A program made the position numbers and the translations under genes. A stretch of 64,000 nt of DNA from Oceanispirochaeta sp. (GTDB taxonomy: Bacteria > Spirochaetota > Spirochaetia > DSM-2461). Location of the stretch: contig CAXXXD010000004.1 of the NCBI GenBank assembly GCA_963663385.2, forward strand, positions 480,001-544,000. The letters run 5' to 3'. The notes under the pieces were generated by a model. It ran no database searches, had not been told where the DNA came from, and saw only the letters and a list, made by a program, of their open reading frames with translations. Positions 39,131 to 49,380 of this stretch are shown one piece after another. The first letter of the stretch is position 1, and the number at the start of each line of letters is the position of its first letter.

Positions 39131-40670
39131 GTATATCCTCCTCTTTTACCCATATGGGAGAACTCCAGGCCCATTGATTGTTTCTCTGACGTATCCGGAT
39201 ATAGTAGCTGTCTTCTTTTTCACTCGTTACTGTATCGGTAAAGCTTAAATCTACAGAGTATTCCTCTTCCGGTATAAGACGGCTTACATGAAATGCTCCG
39301 GTCAGGAACCCCCCCAGATAATGGCTTTGTGATGATTCGGCTAGTTCTCTAAACGGAATGGAATGGATCTGACCGTTTACAGTCAGTTCCAGGCGGGCGT
39401 TCTGATTCCCTTCCACTTCCAGCACCACTGCCTGATTGGAGTTGGTTGTGGATGTTGAATTCCCCCAGGTCGAGGATGTAAAACGGAATGCCCTTTCATC
39501 ATTCTGAATTATTGTACTGAACTGGTAGATCCCTTCATGGCTGTCTTCCGGATCGACAACATCGATACCATGAAACTGTGGTTCCGAAGAGAGGATCCGG
39601 CCATTTACCACTTCAGCTGTAATATCCCAATCCTGCCGGATCCCTTTTTCTCCCCATCCCGCTTCCACTTTTATCTTTCCTTTAAGCGGGCCTGTCCTGG
39701 GATGCTCGACTTTTTCAGTATAGTCGAAACGTTTTATTACAGTGTTATTTCTCAGGATTTCAATGCAGTCCAGACTGTCTGAACCGATTATTCCGATTTT
39801 ATGGGTTCGTTTAGCCGAATAGGGCAGAACCGAGCCCATAGGGCAGCCATTGACCGAGTATTCCAGCCGGATCCTGTCTCCGGTTATGGCATACGTCCGC
39901 CCCTGTTCCATAGCTTCCCAGAGGGACTCTCTGGTCAACTCCTTCGCCCAGATTGCAGCGGCCCCGTAACCATAACTGCCGGGATGGGCGCTGTGATGAT
40001 CCGTGGATCCTATAATCCCGAAGTGATGTCCTGATTCTAATCCTTCCTGCATGGTACTTTTTCCGTTACGTGGACCCATGGTATGCAGATAGGAAACAGG
40101 CGCCTGATCACTTTCGGCACAGCCATGCATCGACAGGATTTCAACAAGGGGGCTTACCTCTTCGGAGAAGGTTTCCCAGTTTATTCCTCTGTACCCCCGG
40201 GCATATCCGATATGATGGGGGACAATAAAACATTTGCGGCCTGTATCGTTCTGTAATCGGATAAACTCCTGAAGCTCTTCAAAACTCTGCGGTTTTATCA
40301 TGGGATCGATCCTGTCCCTGCAGTAAACAACATAATCTCCGTGCGCTATAGAGTGCATTTCATAGCTGGGAAAGGTTATGAACTTACCGGGGGCATTATG
40401 TTTTTCAATTGCGTCGGCATAGTCCGTCCATCCTTTTTCCAGTTTTTCAAAACCGTTTTTATGATAGTCAACCACAGCTTCCAGGCGTCCTTTGCCATCA
40501 GGAATATCCGGCCAGAAAGCATGACCGGTTATGCTGGTAAAATCCAGTTGCAATCGGGCGTTGCATATAGCATCTTCAAGCGGTCCATGTCCGTAGCTGA
40601 TTCCGCAGTGATTATGAATATCTCCAAAAAAAAGCGTGTGATCCTTATAGGTGGGTATTTTATCAGTCAT
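39120..40670 (-). CDS. PHP-like metallohydrolase (DUF3604-like)
   Basis: FGDIHNH, TGH, PHH, VEILSMHG, GSTDHH, RTYA.TG, YYIRIRQ..AWSSPIW. Confidence 0.75.
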   Translation of the reverse strand: MTDKIPTYKDHTLFFGDIHNHCGISYGHGPLEDAICNARLQLDFTSITGHAFWPDIPDGKGRLEAVVDYHKNGFEKLEKGWTDYADAIEKHNAPGKFITFPSYEMHSIAHGDYVVYCRDRIDPMIKPQSFEELQEFIRLQNDTGRKCFIVPHHIGYARGYRGINWETFSEEVSPLVEILSMHGCAESDQAPVSYLHTMGPRNGKSTMQEGLESGHHFGIIGSTDHHSAHPGSYGYGAAAIWAKELTRESLWEAMEQGRTYAITGDRIRLEYSVNGCPMGSVLPYSAKRTHKIGIIGSDSLDCIEILRNNTVIKRFDYTEKVEHPRTGPLKGKIKVEAGWGEKGIRQDWDITAEVVNGRILSSEPQFHGIDVVDPEDSHEGIYQFSTIIQNDERAFRFTSSTWGNSTSTTNSNQAVVLEVEGNQNARLELTVNGQIHSIPFRELAESSQSHYLGGFLTGAFHVSRLIPEEEYSVDLSFTDTVTSEKEDSYYIRIRQRNNQWAWSSPIWVKEEDIHEE

Positions 40671-40683
40671 CTGACTATTCCTT

Positions 40684-41721
40684 TTATGTTATTTCAATAT
40701 GTTTTCCGGTTTGTGCGGAAAGGTAGGCGGCTCTGATCATTTTCTGAGCTCTGATACCATCATCGAGGGACGAAACCGGTTCTACTCCGGAGCGGAGAAT
40801 CCTGATGAATTCTTTCGGAGGGAGGCTGTGTACTTCCGAAAAGTCAAACGGGCAGTGGATCTCTTTCCACTCCATTGTGTCGGAAGTAAACAGAGTCAAC
40901 TCCGGCCAGTAGGACTTTCCTCTATTTGAGGCACAATCGGTTTTGTTTTGTATGATGGTTCCCTTGTCTCCGTATATCTCCGTTGTCGGACCGCCGGCCT
41001 GCCAGTTCCAGGCTGCTTCATGAACAGCGAGGGCCTTATCCGGAAATCTGTATAGAGCCGCTCCGGCTTTTTCAGCTGTCCATCTCTCATGGGGAAGCAT
41101 CTGAGCGCAGACGCTTTCCGGCATGCCGAAAAAATACTGGAGGAGATCTGTTTCATGAATCCCTTCATCCAGGTAAGCTCCGCCGCCTTCCGTATCAGCA
41201 TTAGTGATCCAGGGCATATCATCTTCCAGACTCATCAGGCCGTAATGGTGCCCGTGTCTTTTTCTTATATGATTCACCTTGCCAATGACTCCCGACTCCA
41301 GAAGTTTCTTGATCCGGATATTTGAAGGAATCAGCCGCTGTGGAAACGACTGATAGAAACTCACTCCGGCGCTTTTGACTTTTTCCCGAATTTGCATTCC
41401 AGCTTCTACAGATGGTGCCAGGGGCTTTTCGCACATGATATGAATCCGGTGTCTGCAGCAGCAGTCAATCAGGTCATAATGTCTTGAAGGTTCGGAACAT
41501 ATGGCGGCCCCCTTTGTTTCCTCTAAGGATAACAGGTAATCCAAATCATCAAAAAAGGGCAGGCCGTACAGTTCGGCGGCCTGTCTTCCCCTTTCTGTAT
41601 TCTCATCCCATATCCCGCTTATATGAACACCCTCCTCCCGGAGGAAGGTCTCAACCCACTTATACTGATGAAGATGGGCAAAGCTGATAATTGCTATCCC
41701 GGGATTTTTATAAGCTTTCAT
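40684..41721 (-). CDS. Gfo/Idh/MocA-family oxidoreductase
   Basis: CEKPLA, GGAYLDEGIH; GGGAGAG RBS before the ATG at 41721. Confidence 0.9.
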   Translation of the reverse strand: MKAYKNPGIAIISFAHLHQYKWVETFLREEGVHISGIWDENTERGRQAAELYGLPFFDDLDYLLSLEETKGAAICSEPSRHYDLIDCCCRHRIHIMCEKPLAPSVEAGMQIREKVKSAGVSFYQSFPQRLIPSNIRIKKLLESGVIGKVNHIRKRHGHHYGLMSLEDDMPWITNADTEGGGAYLDEGIHETDLLQYFFGMPESVCAQMLPHERWTAEKAGAALYRFPDKALAVHEAAWNWQAGGPTTEIYGDKGTIIQNKTDCASNRGKSYWPELTLFTSDTMEWKEIHCPFDFSEVHSLPPKEFIRILRSGVEPVSSLDDGIRAQKMIRAAYLSAQTGKHIEIT

Positions 41722-42790
41722 TTTTCTCTCCCGGATCTGTTTCATACGGGGAAATATTGATCTGCTTCCCCTCTTTTATTGAATCGTATATGGCCTGAAC
41801 CACTTTCAGAGTCCTGAGTCCTCTCTCCAGAGGAGCGCGGCACTCAGTCCCGTCTTCTGTCAGACAATCGATGAAATGGCGCAGTTCATAGCGATGCCCC
41901 TTTATATTCCATTCATCCACATAGGGGACGGACCAACCGACATCAGAGGCCAGATGGGGCCGGTTCAAATCTCCTGTTGCTGCGGCTTTTTCTGTTTTGT
42001 AGGCGGAAATCCCATTGACTGATCTGGACTGGTCCAACAGCAGAGTTCCCTGTTCTCCGAATACTTCGGCTCTGATATCCAGTCCTCCCTGAATCCCCCA
42101 GGAGCAGACGAACTGTCCGAGGGTGCCGTTTGCGAAACGGCAGTTTGTAATAACGGTTTCCTCTACCGAACCATTCATGACCGCATCGGCGGTTACAGAT
42201 ATAATGGGAGAATCCAGCAGCCATTCCGACAGGCAAATGCCATGTATCCCGATATCAATCAAAGCGCCGCCTCCGGAACGCTCTTTATCTCGGAACCAGC
42301 CGGCATGACCGGGGCCGCTTCCCAGTTCATTAATCCGGAACAGTTTTGTATTGCCGATTTCCCCTCCGGCTATCATATCCCTGGCCCTGACGAATAGAGG
42401 CGCGAACAATCTGTTCTCTGCATAAAAACCCCTGACTCCTTTTCTACGTGCCAACCGGACGATTTCCTCCGCCTGATCGACTGTGAGAGCAAGGGGCTTT
42501 TCCAGAATAAAAGATTTTCCCCGGTTTATAGTCTCGAGAGCTGCCTTGTAATGCAGATGGTTCGGGAGGGTAATATCGACAAGATCAATATCCGGGGCCT
42601 GAACAGCCTTTACCCAGTCAGCCTCAATCCTGTAAGCTCCATATTCCTTTTGAAATTCTTCGGCGCGAGGGATTGAACTGCCGCATATACAGCGGATTTC
42701 CGTTCGTTCATCCTGCAGGTAGCAGGAAGCATGGGCTCCAGCCATAAATCCGGTCCCGAGTACTGCAATTCGAACTTTCTTCTGTGTCAT
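41708..42790 (-). CDS. Gfo/Idh/MocA-family oxidoreductase
   Basis: GTGFMA, PNHLH, LEKPLA, GGGALIDIGIH; ATGA overlap with the upstream permease. Confidence 0.92.
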   Translation of the reverse strand: MTQKKVRIAVLGTGFMAGAHASCYLQDERTEIRCICGSSIPRAEEFQKEYGAYRIEADWVKAVQAPDIDLVDITLPNHLHYKAALETINRGKSFILEKPLALTVDQAEEIVRLARRKGVRGFYAENRLFAPLFVRARDMIAGGEIGNTKLFRINELGSGPGHAGWFRDKERSGGGALIDIGIHGICLSEWLLDSPIISVTADAVMNGSVEETVITNCRFANGTLGQFVCSWGIQGGLDIRAEVFGEQGTLLLDQSRSVNGISAYKTEKAAATGDLNRPHLASDVGWSVPYVDEWNIKGHRYELRHFIDCLTEDGTECRAPLERGLRTLKVVQAIYDSIKEGKQINISPYETDPGEKNESL

Positions 42791-43620
42791 TTGGTTGCTC
42801 CGAAGGTAAGTCCTTTTACGATATACTTCTGAACCATAAAGACCATAACCAGAATGGGAAGGAGAATCAGGGTTCCCGAACTGAATACAGGACCCCATTC
42901 GACAGCGTAGGCTGTTATAAAATCACCGGCCGCCACAGGCAGTGTCTTAACCCTGTTGGAAGAACAGAGAACCATTGCAAACAGGTATTCGTTCCAAGAG
43001 AATATAAATGTAAAGATGGCTGTGGTAATAATGCCGGACCGGGCCAGAGGGAAAACAAGACGGAACAGTATCTGGTGCCAGTTCGCCCCCTCCAGGAAGG
43101 CCGCTTCATCGATGGATACGGGGATTTCATCGATAAAAGTCTTCAGCATCAACAGGCCGAATGACATGTTGAGTGAAATATTGATGATTACCAGGGCCAG
43201 TAGGTTGTTCAATAAATGCATATGTTTGAAGATAATGAAAAAAGGCATCAGTACAGCTGCCGGCGGGGCAATCCTCGTAATCAGTACGGAAAGGGTAAAA
43301 ATCCCTTTCCCTGTTTCGAACCGGGAGACGCTGTAGGCTGCTGTGAAGGATGCTCCGAGAACGATCACGGTGGAAGTGAATGCCACGATTAAGCTGTTTA
43401 CCAGAAACCCTCCGAAGTTGTGCGTTGTAAATATCTTTCTGTAATGCTCCAGAGTCGGTTTGAAAAACAGAGTGATGGTCTGTGAAATAATCTGGCTGTC
43501 CTTCTTGAATGAGTTCAGTATGATCCACAGGATGGGGAAGGCCCATGTAATGACGACGCCCAGAATAACAATGTAAAAGAGAGCTCTCTTTGTATTTCTG
43601 ACAAGAAGTTTATTTTCCAT
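42787..43620 (-). CDS. Carbohydrate ABC transporter permease
   Basis: EAAFLEGA, SWNEY, KGLTFGATK. Confidence 0.92.
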   Translation of the reverse strand: MENKLLVRNTKRALFYIVILGVVITWAFPILWIILNSFKKDSQIISQTITLFFKPTLEHYRKIFTTHNFGGFLVNSLIVAFTSTVIVLGASFTAAYSVSRFETGKGIFTLSVLITRIAPPAAVLMPFFIIFKHMHLLNNLLALVIINISLNMSFGLLMLKTFIDEIPVSIDEAAFLEGANWHQILFRLVFPLARSGIITTAIFTFIFSWNEYLFAMVLCSSNRVKTLPVAAGDFITAYAVEWGPVFSSGTLILLPILVMVFMVQKYIVKGLTFGATK

Positions 43621-44560
43621 TTTTTTCACTTCCTTTTGTAACACCCAGAACCAGTACGGTAATCATGATAATGATTAAAACACCCAGAGCGGAAGTTTTT
43701 CCGTAATCGCTTGTTGTGAAACCCAGTGTGTAGAGGTGAATATTGATAACACGGGTTGATTCCGCATTACCGAAGAGTACCCAGATCTGAGCGTATACTT
43801 TCAGGCAGTCAATAATACGAAGAAACGCAACGGCCCCGATTATCTTAAGCAGAAGAGGGAATGTTATATACCTGAAGGTTTGCCAGGCCGATGCGCCGTC
43901 CATGTTTGCCGCTTCATACACCTCTGTGGGTAGTGACGTCATTCCTGAATAGAAAATCAGAAAGCAGAAAGGCGTCCATTGCCAGAAGTTTACAAAGGAG
44001 ATCGTTCTGAATGCGTAGGTCAGATAGAGTTTATCTACAAGCCATGGCCCAATAAGAGGGATGTTCTCGAAAAAAGGAAGACCCGATGTGGACAGCCAGG
44101 GTTTCGGCTGTGCTCCAATTGTTCTGAGGAATACATTAAGAAAGCCTGTATCGAAATCAAAAAAATACTTCCAGATCATGGCAATAATGATCGGAGTTGC
44201 CAGAATCGGGAACAGGAGAATGGTCTGGACAGTTCTTTTCCCCTTGAATTCTTTATAAAGCAATGCAGCCAGAATAAGGCCGACAATTATCTGCGGTGTT
44301 ATCGTATAAATCAGAAAAAGAAATGTCCTGAACAGGGATGACCAGAACATGGGGTCTTTTGTCAGAAGGAATATATAGTTTTTAAGGCCGATAAAGGGCC
44401 ATTCTTTATTGAAAACGATCGGGTCCAGACGGAAAAACGATGTATAGATCATATACAGAATCGGGAGGACCGTCGTAAGGAACAGAATTATCACAGTAGG
44501 GGCTACCAGAGAGTATTTCAGTACTTTCTGATTTCCCATGCTGGATCTGGAAATGCTCAT
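43610..44560 (-). CDS. Carbohydrate ABC transporter permease
   Basis: WQWTPF, YEAANMDGA. Confidence 0.92.
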   Translation of the reverse strand: MSISRSSMGNQKVLKYSLVAPTVIILFLTTVLPILYMIYTSFFRLDPIVFNKEWPFIGLKNYIFLLTKDPMFWSSLFRTFLFLIYTITPQIIVGLILAALLYKEFKGKRTVQTILLFPILATPIIIAMIWKYFFDFDTGFLNVFLRTIGAQPKPWLSTSGLPFFENIPLIGPWLVDKLYLTYAFRTISFVNFWQWTPFCFLIFYSGMTSLPTEVYEAANMDGASAWQTFRYITFPLLLKIIGAVAFLRIIDCLKVYAQIWVLFGNAESTRVINIHLYTLGFTTSDYGKTSALGVLIIIMITVLVLGVTKGSEKNGK

Positions 44561-44637
44561 TATTATCTCCTGGGGTTATGTTAAGTGGATGGGAAAGGGG
44601 AGGCAGAGGGGGGCGGGCCCCTCTCTCCCCGGAATTC

Positions 44638-45903
44638 TTATTCGAAACTCTCTTTCAGAACAGTTATATTTAATTCAGCCTGTTCCAGAATCTCATCTAT
44701 TGAATCATCGGTGACAAGAATATCAGAAACCATCTGGTTCAGAATCTCATGGAGTTTGGTATAGTAGGGAACAAGAGGTTCCATTTTGGCCAGGTTGTAA
44801 GTTTCCGCCATAAGAGGGTAATAGATGTTGCTGCTTTTTGAGGAATCATTCAGAAGACTGGGGCGGAATACGCTTGATCCGTGCTCTCCACGGATTTCAA
44901 AACCTTCTTTGCTGGTGGCAAACTCCAGGAATTTCCATGCAGCAGTCTTATTCCGGCTCATTCCGTTCATAACCAGTCCCCAGCCATGGGTCTGAGGAGT
45001 TCTGTAAATACTTCCGTCGGCTTGACGGACACCGGGAATCAGGGCAATACTGTATTTCTCTTTATTGGGGCTGTCCGAAAGTTGCAGGCTATTCCATGCG
45101 GCATTCCAGAAAGGCGCGGCCTGGGCTGTGGTACCAGCCTTGAGCTGATCAAATACCTTAGGGTAGTTGTATGTCGTGATATCTTCCGCCATGTACGGTT
45201 TTAATGCCCGGTATACTTCAGCAGCTTTCCGGGCAGCTTCGCTATTAATAACAACCTTGCCGTTTTCATCTATAACGTCTCCCCCGTAAGACCATAGCAC
45301 TGTGTAGAACATTTTCGGTGCTTCGGGGCCTCCTGTGAGGGCGGTTAAAAGGTTGCCGTAGGATGTATTTTTTCCTGTATTCCCCGCAGCCAGAGAAATC
45401 AGTTCTTCCCAGGTTTCCGCCGGCTGATCCAGCATATCTGTCCGGTAATAATAGAGTTGACTCGACAGATCCGTAGGGATGCAGTATATCTTTCCTTCAT
45501 AAGTCAGTTTGATGGGGATATCGTCCAGATCATAGGCAGCCAGATCCGTCAATTCGGGGTCATTCAGATAGTCGTCCCATGGCTCCAGAACACCTGCGGC
45601 AGCCAGTTCTGTCATATAGGTTGTATTATCCTGAACCAGATCGAACTCTGTGGTTCCTCCGACCAATTGGGTTGTTACATTTGTAAAATACCCCAGACGT
45701 CCCTGCTCATTGAATACAATTTCGATATCGGGGTTCCGTTCCATAAATACATCTGCCGCAACTTTCAGGGCTTCTGTTTCCGGGCTGGTAACGCACAGAA
45801 TGGTTACAGTAGATTTCCCGTTGTCATCGACATCCTGACTGCCTGCGGCAAAAATTGCAACAGTCATCGTCAGAATCAGAAAAACCGAAATACGTTTTTT
45901 CAT
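44638..45903 (-). CDS. Carbohydrate ABC transporter substrate-binding protein
   Basis: AGGAG RBS; signal peptide ending FAAGSQD; LYYYRTD, ETWEEL, AWKFLEF. Confidence 0.9.
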   Translation of the reverse strand: MKKRISVFLILTMTVAIFAAGSQDVDDNGKSTVTILCVTSPETEALKVAADVFMERNPDIEIVFNEQGRLGYFTNVTTQLVGGTTEFDLVQDNTTYMTELAAAGVLEPWDDYLNDPELTDLAAYDLDDIPIKLTYEGKIYCIPTDLSSQLYYYRTDMLDQPAETWEELISLAAGNTGKNTSYGNLLTALTGGPEAPKMFYTVLWSYGGDVIDENGKVVINSEAARKAAEVYRALKPYMAEDITTYNYPKVFDQLKAGTTAQAAPFWNAAWNSLQLSDSPNKEKYSIALIPGVRQADGSIYRTPQTHGWGLVMNGMSRNKTAAWKFLEFATSKEGFEIRGEHGSSVFRPSLLNDSSKSSNIYYPLMAETYNLAKMEPLVPYYTKLHEILNQMVSDILVTDDSIDEILEQAELNITVLKESFE

Positions 45904-45954
45904 AAAAATACTCCTTAATTATATTTAACCGGACAACGTCCGGAATTTCGCTGT

Positions 45955-47154
45955 TTATTTTTTATGTTCAGGGTAACTGCTGTTCTGAAGCAGTATGGGG
46001 TAAAACCGGCTTTGGCTGAGAGCTACGGCAGCTCCCCCGATGACTTCGGTTTTGTCCGAAAGAAAGGCTGTTTGAATGTTAACTGTTCTATAGGGAAATT
46101 CGGGGATATACTCTTTTACCTTTTTATTCAGTTCTTCAAGAAACAGAGGGCTTTTGATCAGGTAAGCGCTATGCACTATGATTATTTCGGGGTTCAGTAT
46201 CAGAATCATGTTGGATGTGAGCTGTGCAAGAACATCAACTATTCCTTTTGTCTGCATCGTCCATCCATGCTTTTCAATATCAAGAATATCCTGGCCTGCT
46301 CTGATAGCTTCTTCATGTGACATGTTTTGAATATCCAGATCTTTTCTATTGGCCCTTATAATTTCCGGTAGAGAGAGACAGGACTCTGCATTACTGATGG
46401 AATCGTTATTGTAAACAACGAATTTTCCAATTTGTGTTGCCGTATAGTCGCATCCCTGAAAGATCTCTCTGTTATGGACATAAGCTCCGCCTATCCCCCC
46501 TTCCGTATACAGGTAGGCAACCTGAGAGTAGGACTGTCCGTTACCAATCCAGGTTTCTCCTAGTGCCAGGGCATTGGCATCATTTTCAACAAAAACAGGG
46601 AGGTCGATCAGTTTCCGGAAATCATCGGCCAGGTGGTAGGGTTCCGTCCATTTGAGAGGCCCGCTGTATAAAACAATTCCATGCTGATAATCCACTACGC
46701 CAGGGATCATGATCCCTACGCCTTCAATCCTGTCAAGAGAGACCGCACTTGAAGATATTATCTGTCTTATGTTCTCAACAGCCGTCCGTATCATTCCGGG
46801 AGGGTCTTTTTCCCTGTTCTGATATTCCAGCTGATTACATATATTGCCTTCCAGATCCACCAGGGCGATATTGGTTTTTTTCCACCGTATATCTACTGAT
46901 ATAAAATAGTAGGACTTGGGATTGAATTGGAGCAGCGTGGATTTTCTTCCGGTATGGGGGCTTCCCTGACCAGCTTCTTCTATCAGGCCGTAGCTGTCCA
47001 GAAGTGATGTAATGTTGGAAATAGCCGATTTGCTGGAACCGAGAGTCCGGGCTATCTCAGCTCTGGAGATTGGTCCCTTTTCCCTGATAAGGCGCAAAAC
47101 TATGTAGGCATTGTAGTCCTGCATTTTGGTAGGACTCATTAATCCGTCTTTCAT
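45955..47154 (-). CDS. ROK-family transcriptional repressor
   Basis: ISRAEIA HTH, GRK linker, PGVVD, ENDANALALGE, GGIGG. Confidence 0.92.
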   Translation of the reverse strand: MKDGLMSPTKMQDYNAYIVLRLIREKGPISRAEIARTLGSSKSAISNITSLLDSYGLIEEAGQGSPHTGRKSTLLQFNPKSYYFISVDIRWKKTNIALVDLEGNICNQLEYQNREKDPPGMIRTAVENIRQIISSSAVSLDRIEGVGIMIPGVVDYQHGIVLYSGPLKWTEPYHLADDFRKLIDLPVFVENDANALALGETWIGNGQSYSQVAYLYTEGGIGGAYVHNREIFQGCDYTATQIGKFVVYNNDSISNAESCLSLPEIIRANRKDLDIQNMSHEEAIRAGQDILDIEKHGWTMQTKGIVDVLAQLTSNMILILNPEIIIVHSAYLIKSPLFLEELNKKVKEYIPEFPYRTVNIQTAFLSDKTEVIGGAAVALSQSRFYPILLQNSSYPEHKK

Positions 47155-47170
47155 TAAAAATCCCTTTAGA

Positions 47171-47222
47171 TAGTTTGTTCTCAGTACAAACTAATTGTAG
47201 ATCCATAAATCCCATCTGTCAA
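47171..47222 (-). promoter_or_regulatory. Promoter and XylR-type ROK operator of the sulfatase operon
   Basis: Minus-strand TTGACA (47217-47222), 17 bp, TACAAT (47194-47199); perfect IR TAGTTTGT-N7-ACAAACTA (47171-47193). Confidence 0.8.
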
Positions 47223-47318
47223 GAAAGAACTTTTCAATAGTGCGAATTCCAATAAGGGAAAGCACTGCCGGAATGAGAACGGCGGAATCGGAAATTTTAT
47301 TCAAGAGAAGATCTTATT

Positions 47319-47792
47319 TCAGGATGCCGTAAACATATCCAGAAGCTCCCGGTAGATCAGCTTGAGAAGGGGGCTTTTATTATCCCGGATGGCCCCGTCA
47401 AGCAGCACATCGCTCCGTTCCTTCTTGAACCATCTGTACAGGCGGGACGCCCCGTCTTCCGGGGAGTCTGACGAGCTGGCTATCCTGTAAAGCTGCTTAA
47501 TTTCTCCGGTATCCATAAACAGTTTGGAATCCCGGATACAGAGGTTAAAGTACTTTCCGTTTTTCAGGGGAGCTATATGGACGTTGACAGGGGAGGGCGG
47601 TTTATCGTCGTCAATTGCCTCGGGAGAAGTGCTGTCGCTCTTTCTTTTTTCCGCAAGGGACTGATTTCTTCGGTTAGCATCCTGATTATATATCAGAATC
47701 GCAGCCTGTTCCTTCAGAAAGGTGAGACCGTCCGGTTCAATCTCCTGGAGAAGGTTCATAATTTCATCAATCAGTTGTTCTTTGTCTGCCAT
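47319..47792 (-). CDS. Hypothetical protein
   Basis: 157-aa ORF with protein-like composition filling the gap; no recognised motif. Confidence 0.6.
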   Translation of the reverse strand: MADKEQLIDEIMNLLQEIEPDGLTFLKEQAAILIYNQDANRRNQSLAEKRKSDSTSPEAIDDDKPPSPVNVHIAPLKNGKYFNLCIRDSKLFMDTGEIKQLYRIASSSDSPEDGASRLYRWFKKERSDVLLDGAIRDNKSPLLKLIYRELLDMFTAS

Positions 47793-48082
47793 GCATTAAT
47801 AATAACTCTACTGTGCTGGATTTTCCTGTTTCTCCTCGGAAAAAGGCATCCTTTTGTCATTGAAGCTGTGAGTGAATTTTTCTGTATGTTTAATAAAAAT
47901 GATCATTATAAAAATATTTATTATGATGAAATGATCAAACAATTTTTTATTTTATACTTTGATATTGCATCTCAATGTTCTGGTAAGCTGGTGAAATCAA
48001 TCTATTGATGATGCTGGTATTGTTTTTAAATCATTGTATATAAATAAATAATTAAGTACTGACAAAAATAGAACAAATTAAT

Positions 48083-48157
48083 TTGACAGATGTTAAATTC
48101 TGGGAGTATGATACAAACATATCCAAACACAAACGAACAAAAATGAAAGCAAACGAA
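48083..48157 (+). promoter_or_regulatory. chvE promoter with 10-bp-phased DeoR/AgaR-like repeats
   Basis: TTGACA (48083), 18 bp, TATGAT (48107); AAACGAA, AAATGAA, AAACGAA at 48131, 48141, 48151. Confidence 0.7.
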
Positions 48158-48223
48158 ATTCAGGCCGTTGTTTTGTTTGTGTGCGTTAACGAAAACGCAA
48201 AAGAAAACCAAAAGGAGCAATTT

Positions 48224-49306
48224 ATGCTAAAGAAAATTTTGACCCTGTCATTGATGGTTAGTCTCGCTGTAACGACTGTGTTTGCTGAAGGTCAGAAGGA
48301 CAGTTCCGGAGAGAAAGGTTACATTGGTGTAGCCATGCCTACCCAGTCCTCTCAGAGATGGATTCAGGACGGTGGGAACATGAAAGAGCAGCTGGAAGCC
48401 AAAGGGTATAAAGTCGATCTGCAGTATGCAGAAGATATCGTGGAAAACCAGGTTTCCCAGCTGGAAAATATGATTACCAAGGGTGTTGATGTAATGGTTA
48501 TCGCTTCTATTGATGGAGAAGCCATTACGGGTGTTCTTGAAAAAACAGCAGAAGCGGGAATCCCTGTTATTGCTTATGACAGATTGATAAAAAACTCCGG
48601 AAGTGTGTCTTACTACGCTACTTTTGATAATTATAAAGTTGGTGTACAACAGGGATCCTATATTGTAGAAGCTCTGGAACTGGATAAAGGTGCAACCGGA
48701 CCCTTTAATCTTGAACTATTTGGAGGATCTCCTGATGACAACAATGCCTACTTTTTCTACAACGGTGCCATGAGTGTTCTGCAGCCCTACATTGATAAAG
48801 GCGTTCTGGTTATTCAGTCCGGTCAGGCAGGTATGGATAAAGTGGCTACTCTAAGATGGGACGGAGCAACAGCACAGGCCAGAATGGATAACCTGCTTAC
48901 GGCTTTCTATGCGGATGGTGAAAAAATAGATGCTATTCTATCTCCTTATGATGGAATCTCCATCGGTGTTCTCTCTTCTGTTAAAAATATCGGTTATGGA
49001 ACAGTCGGTCAGCCTCTGCCTATCATTACAGGTCAGGATGCGGAACTTCCTTCTGTCAAATCCATTCTGGCTGGGGAACAGACCCATACTGTTTTTAAAG
49101 ACACCAGAGAGCTTGCCAGAGTTGCTGTTGGTATGGTTGAAGCCATTCTTGAAGGCGGAGAACCTGAAATCAATGATACAACAACCTATGATAATGGTAT
49201 TAAAGTGGTTCCTTCCTACCTTCTGGAACCTGTATCAGTTGATGTTACAAATTACAAAGAGGTCCTGATCGGATCAGGATATTATACAGAAGATCAGCTT
49301 AAATAA
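48224..49306 (+). CDS. chvE: Multiple monosaccharide ABC transporter substrate-binding protein
   Basis: [65 protein letters not shown]. Confidence 0.93.
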   Translation: MLKKILTLSLMVSLAVTTVFAEGQKDSSGEKGYIGVAMPTQSSQRWIQDGGNMKEQLEAKGYKVDLQYAEDIVENQVSQLENMITKGVDVMVIASIDGEAITGVLEKTAEAGIPVIAYDRLIKNSGSVSYYATFDNYKVGVQQGSYIVEALELDKGATGPFNLELFGGSPDDNNAYFFYNGAMSVLQPYIDKGVLVIQSGQAGMDKVATLRWDGATAQARMDNLLTAFYADGEKIDAILSPYDGISIGVLSSVKNIGYGTVGQPLPIITGQDAELPSVKSILAGEQTHTVFKDTRELARVAVGMVEAILEGGEPEINDTTTYDNGIKVVPSYLLEPVSVDVTNYKEVLIGSGYYTEDQLK

Positions 49307-49380
49307 GATTCGTTATTAGACATGGGGCTGTTGTAAAACTGAAATGTTTTCAACAGCCCTGTAATTATCAGGAGCCGGGT

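Noticed and set aside
48083..48223. 47-aa N-terminal extension of ChvE in the ORF track
   Set aside because: Its TTG is the -35 hexamer; RBS and signal peptide place the start at 48224
47793..48223. AT-rich stretch as a possible island boundary or origin
   Set aside because: Explained by promoters and operators; no integrase, tRNA, att repeats or DnaA-box cluster seen
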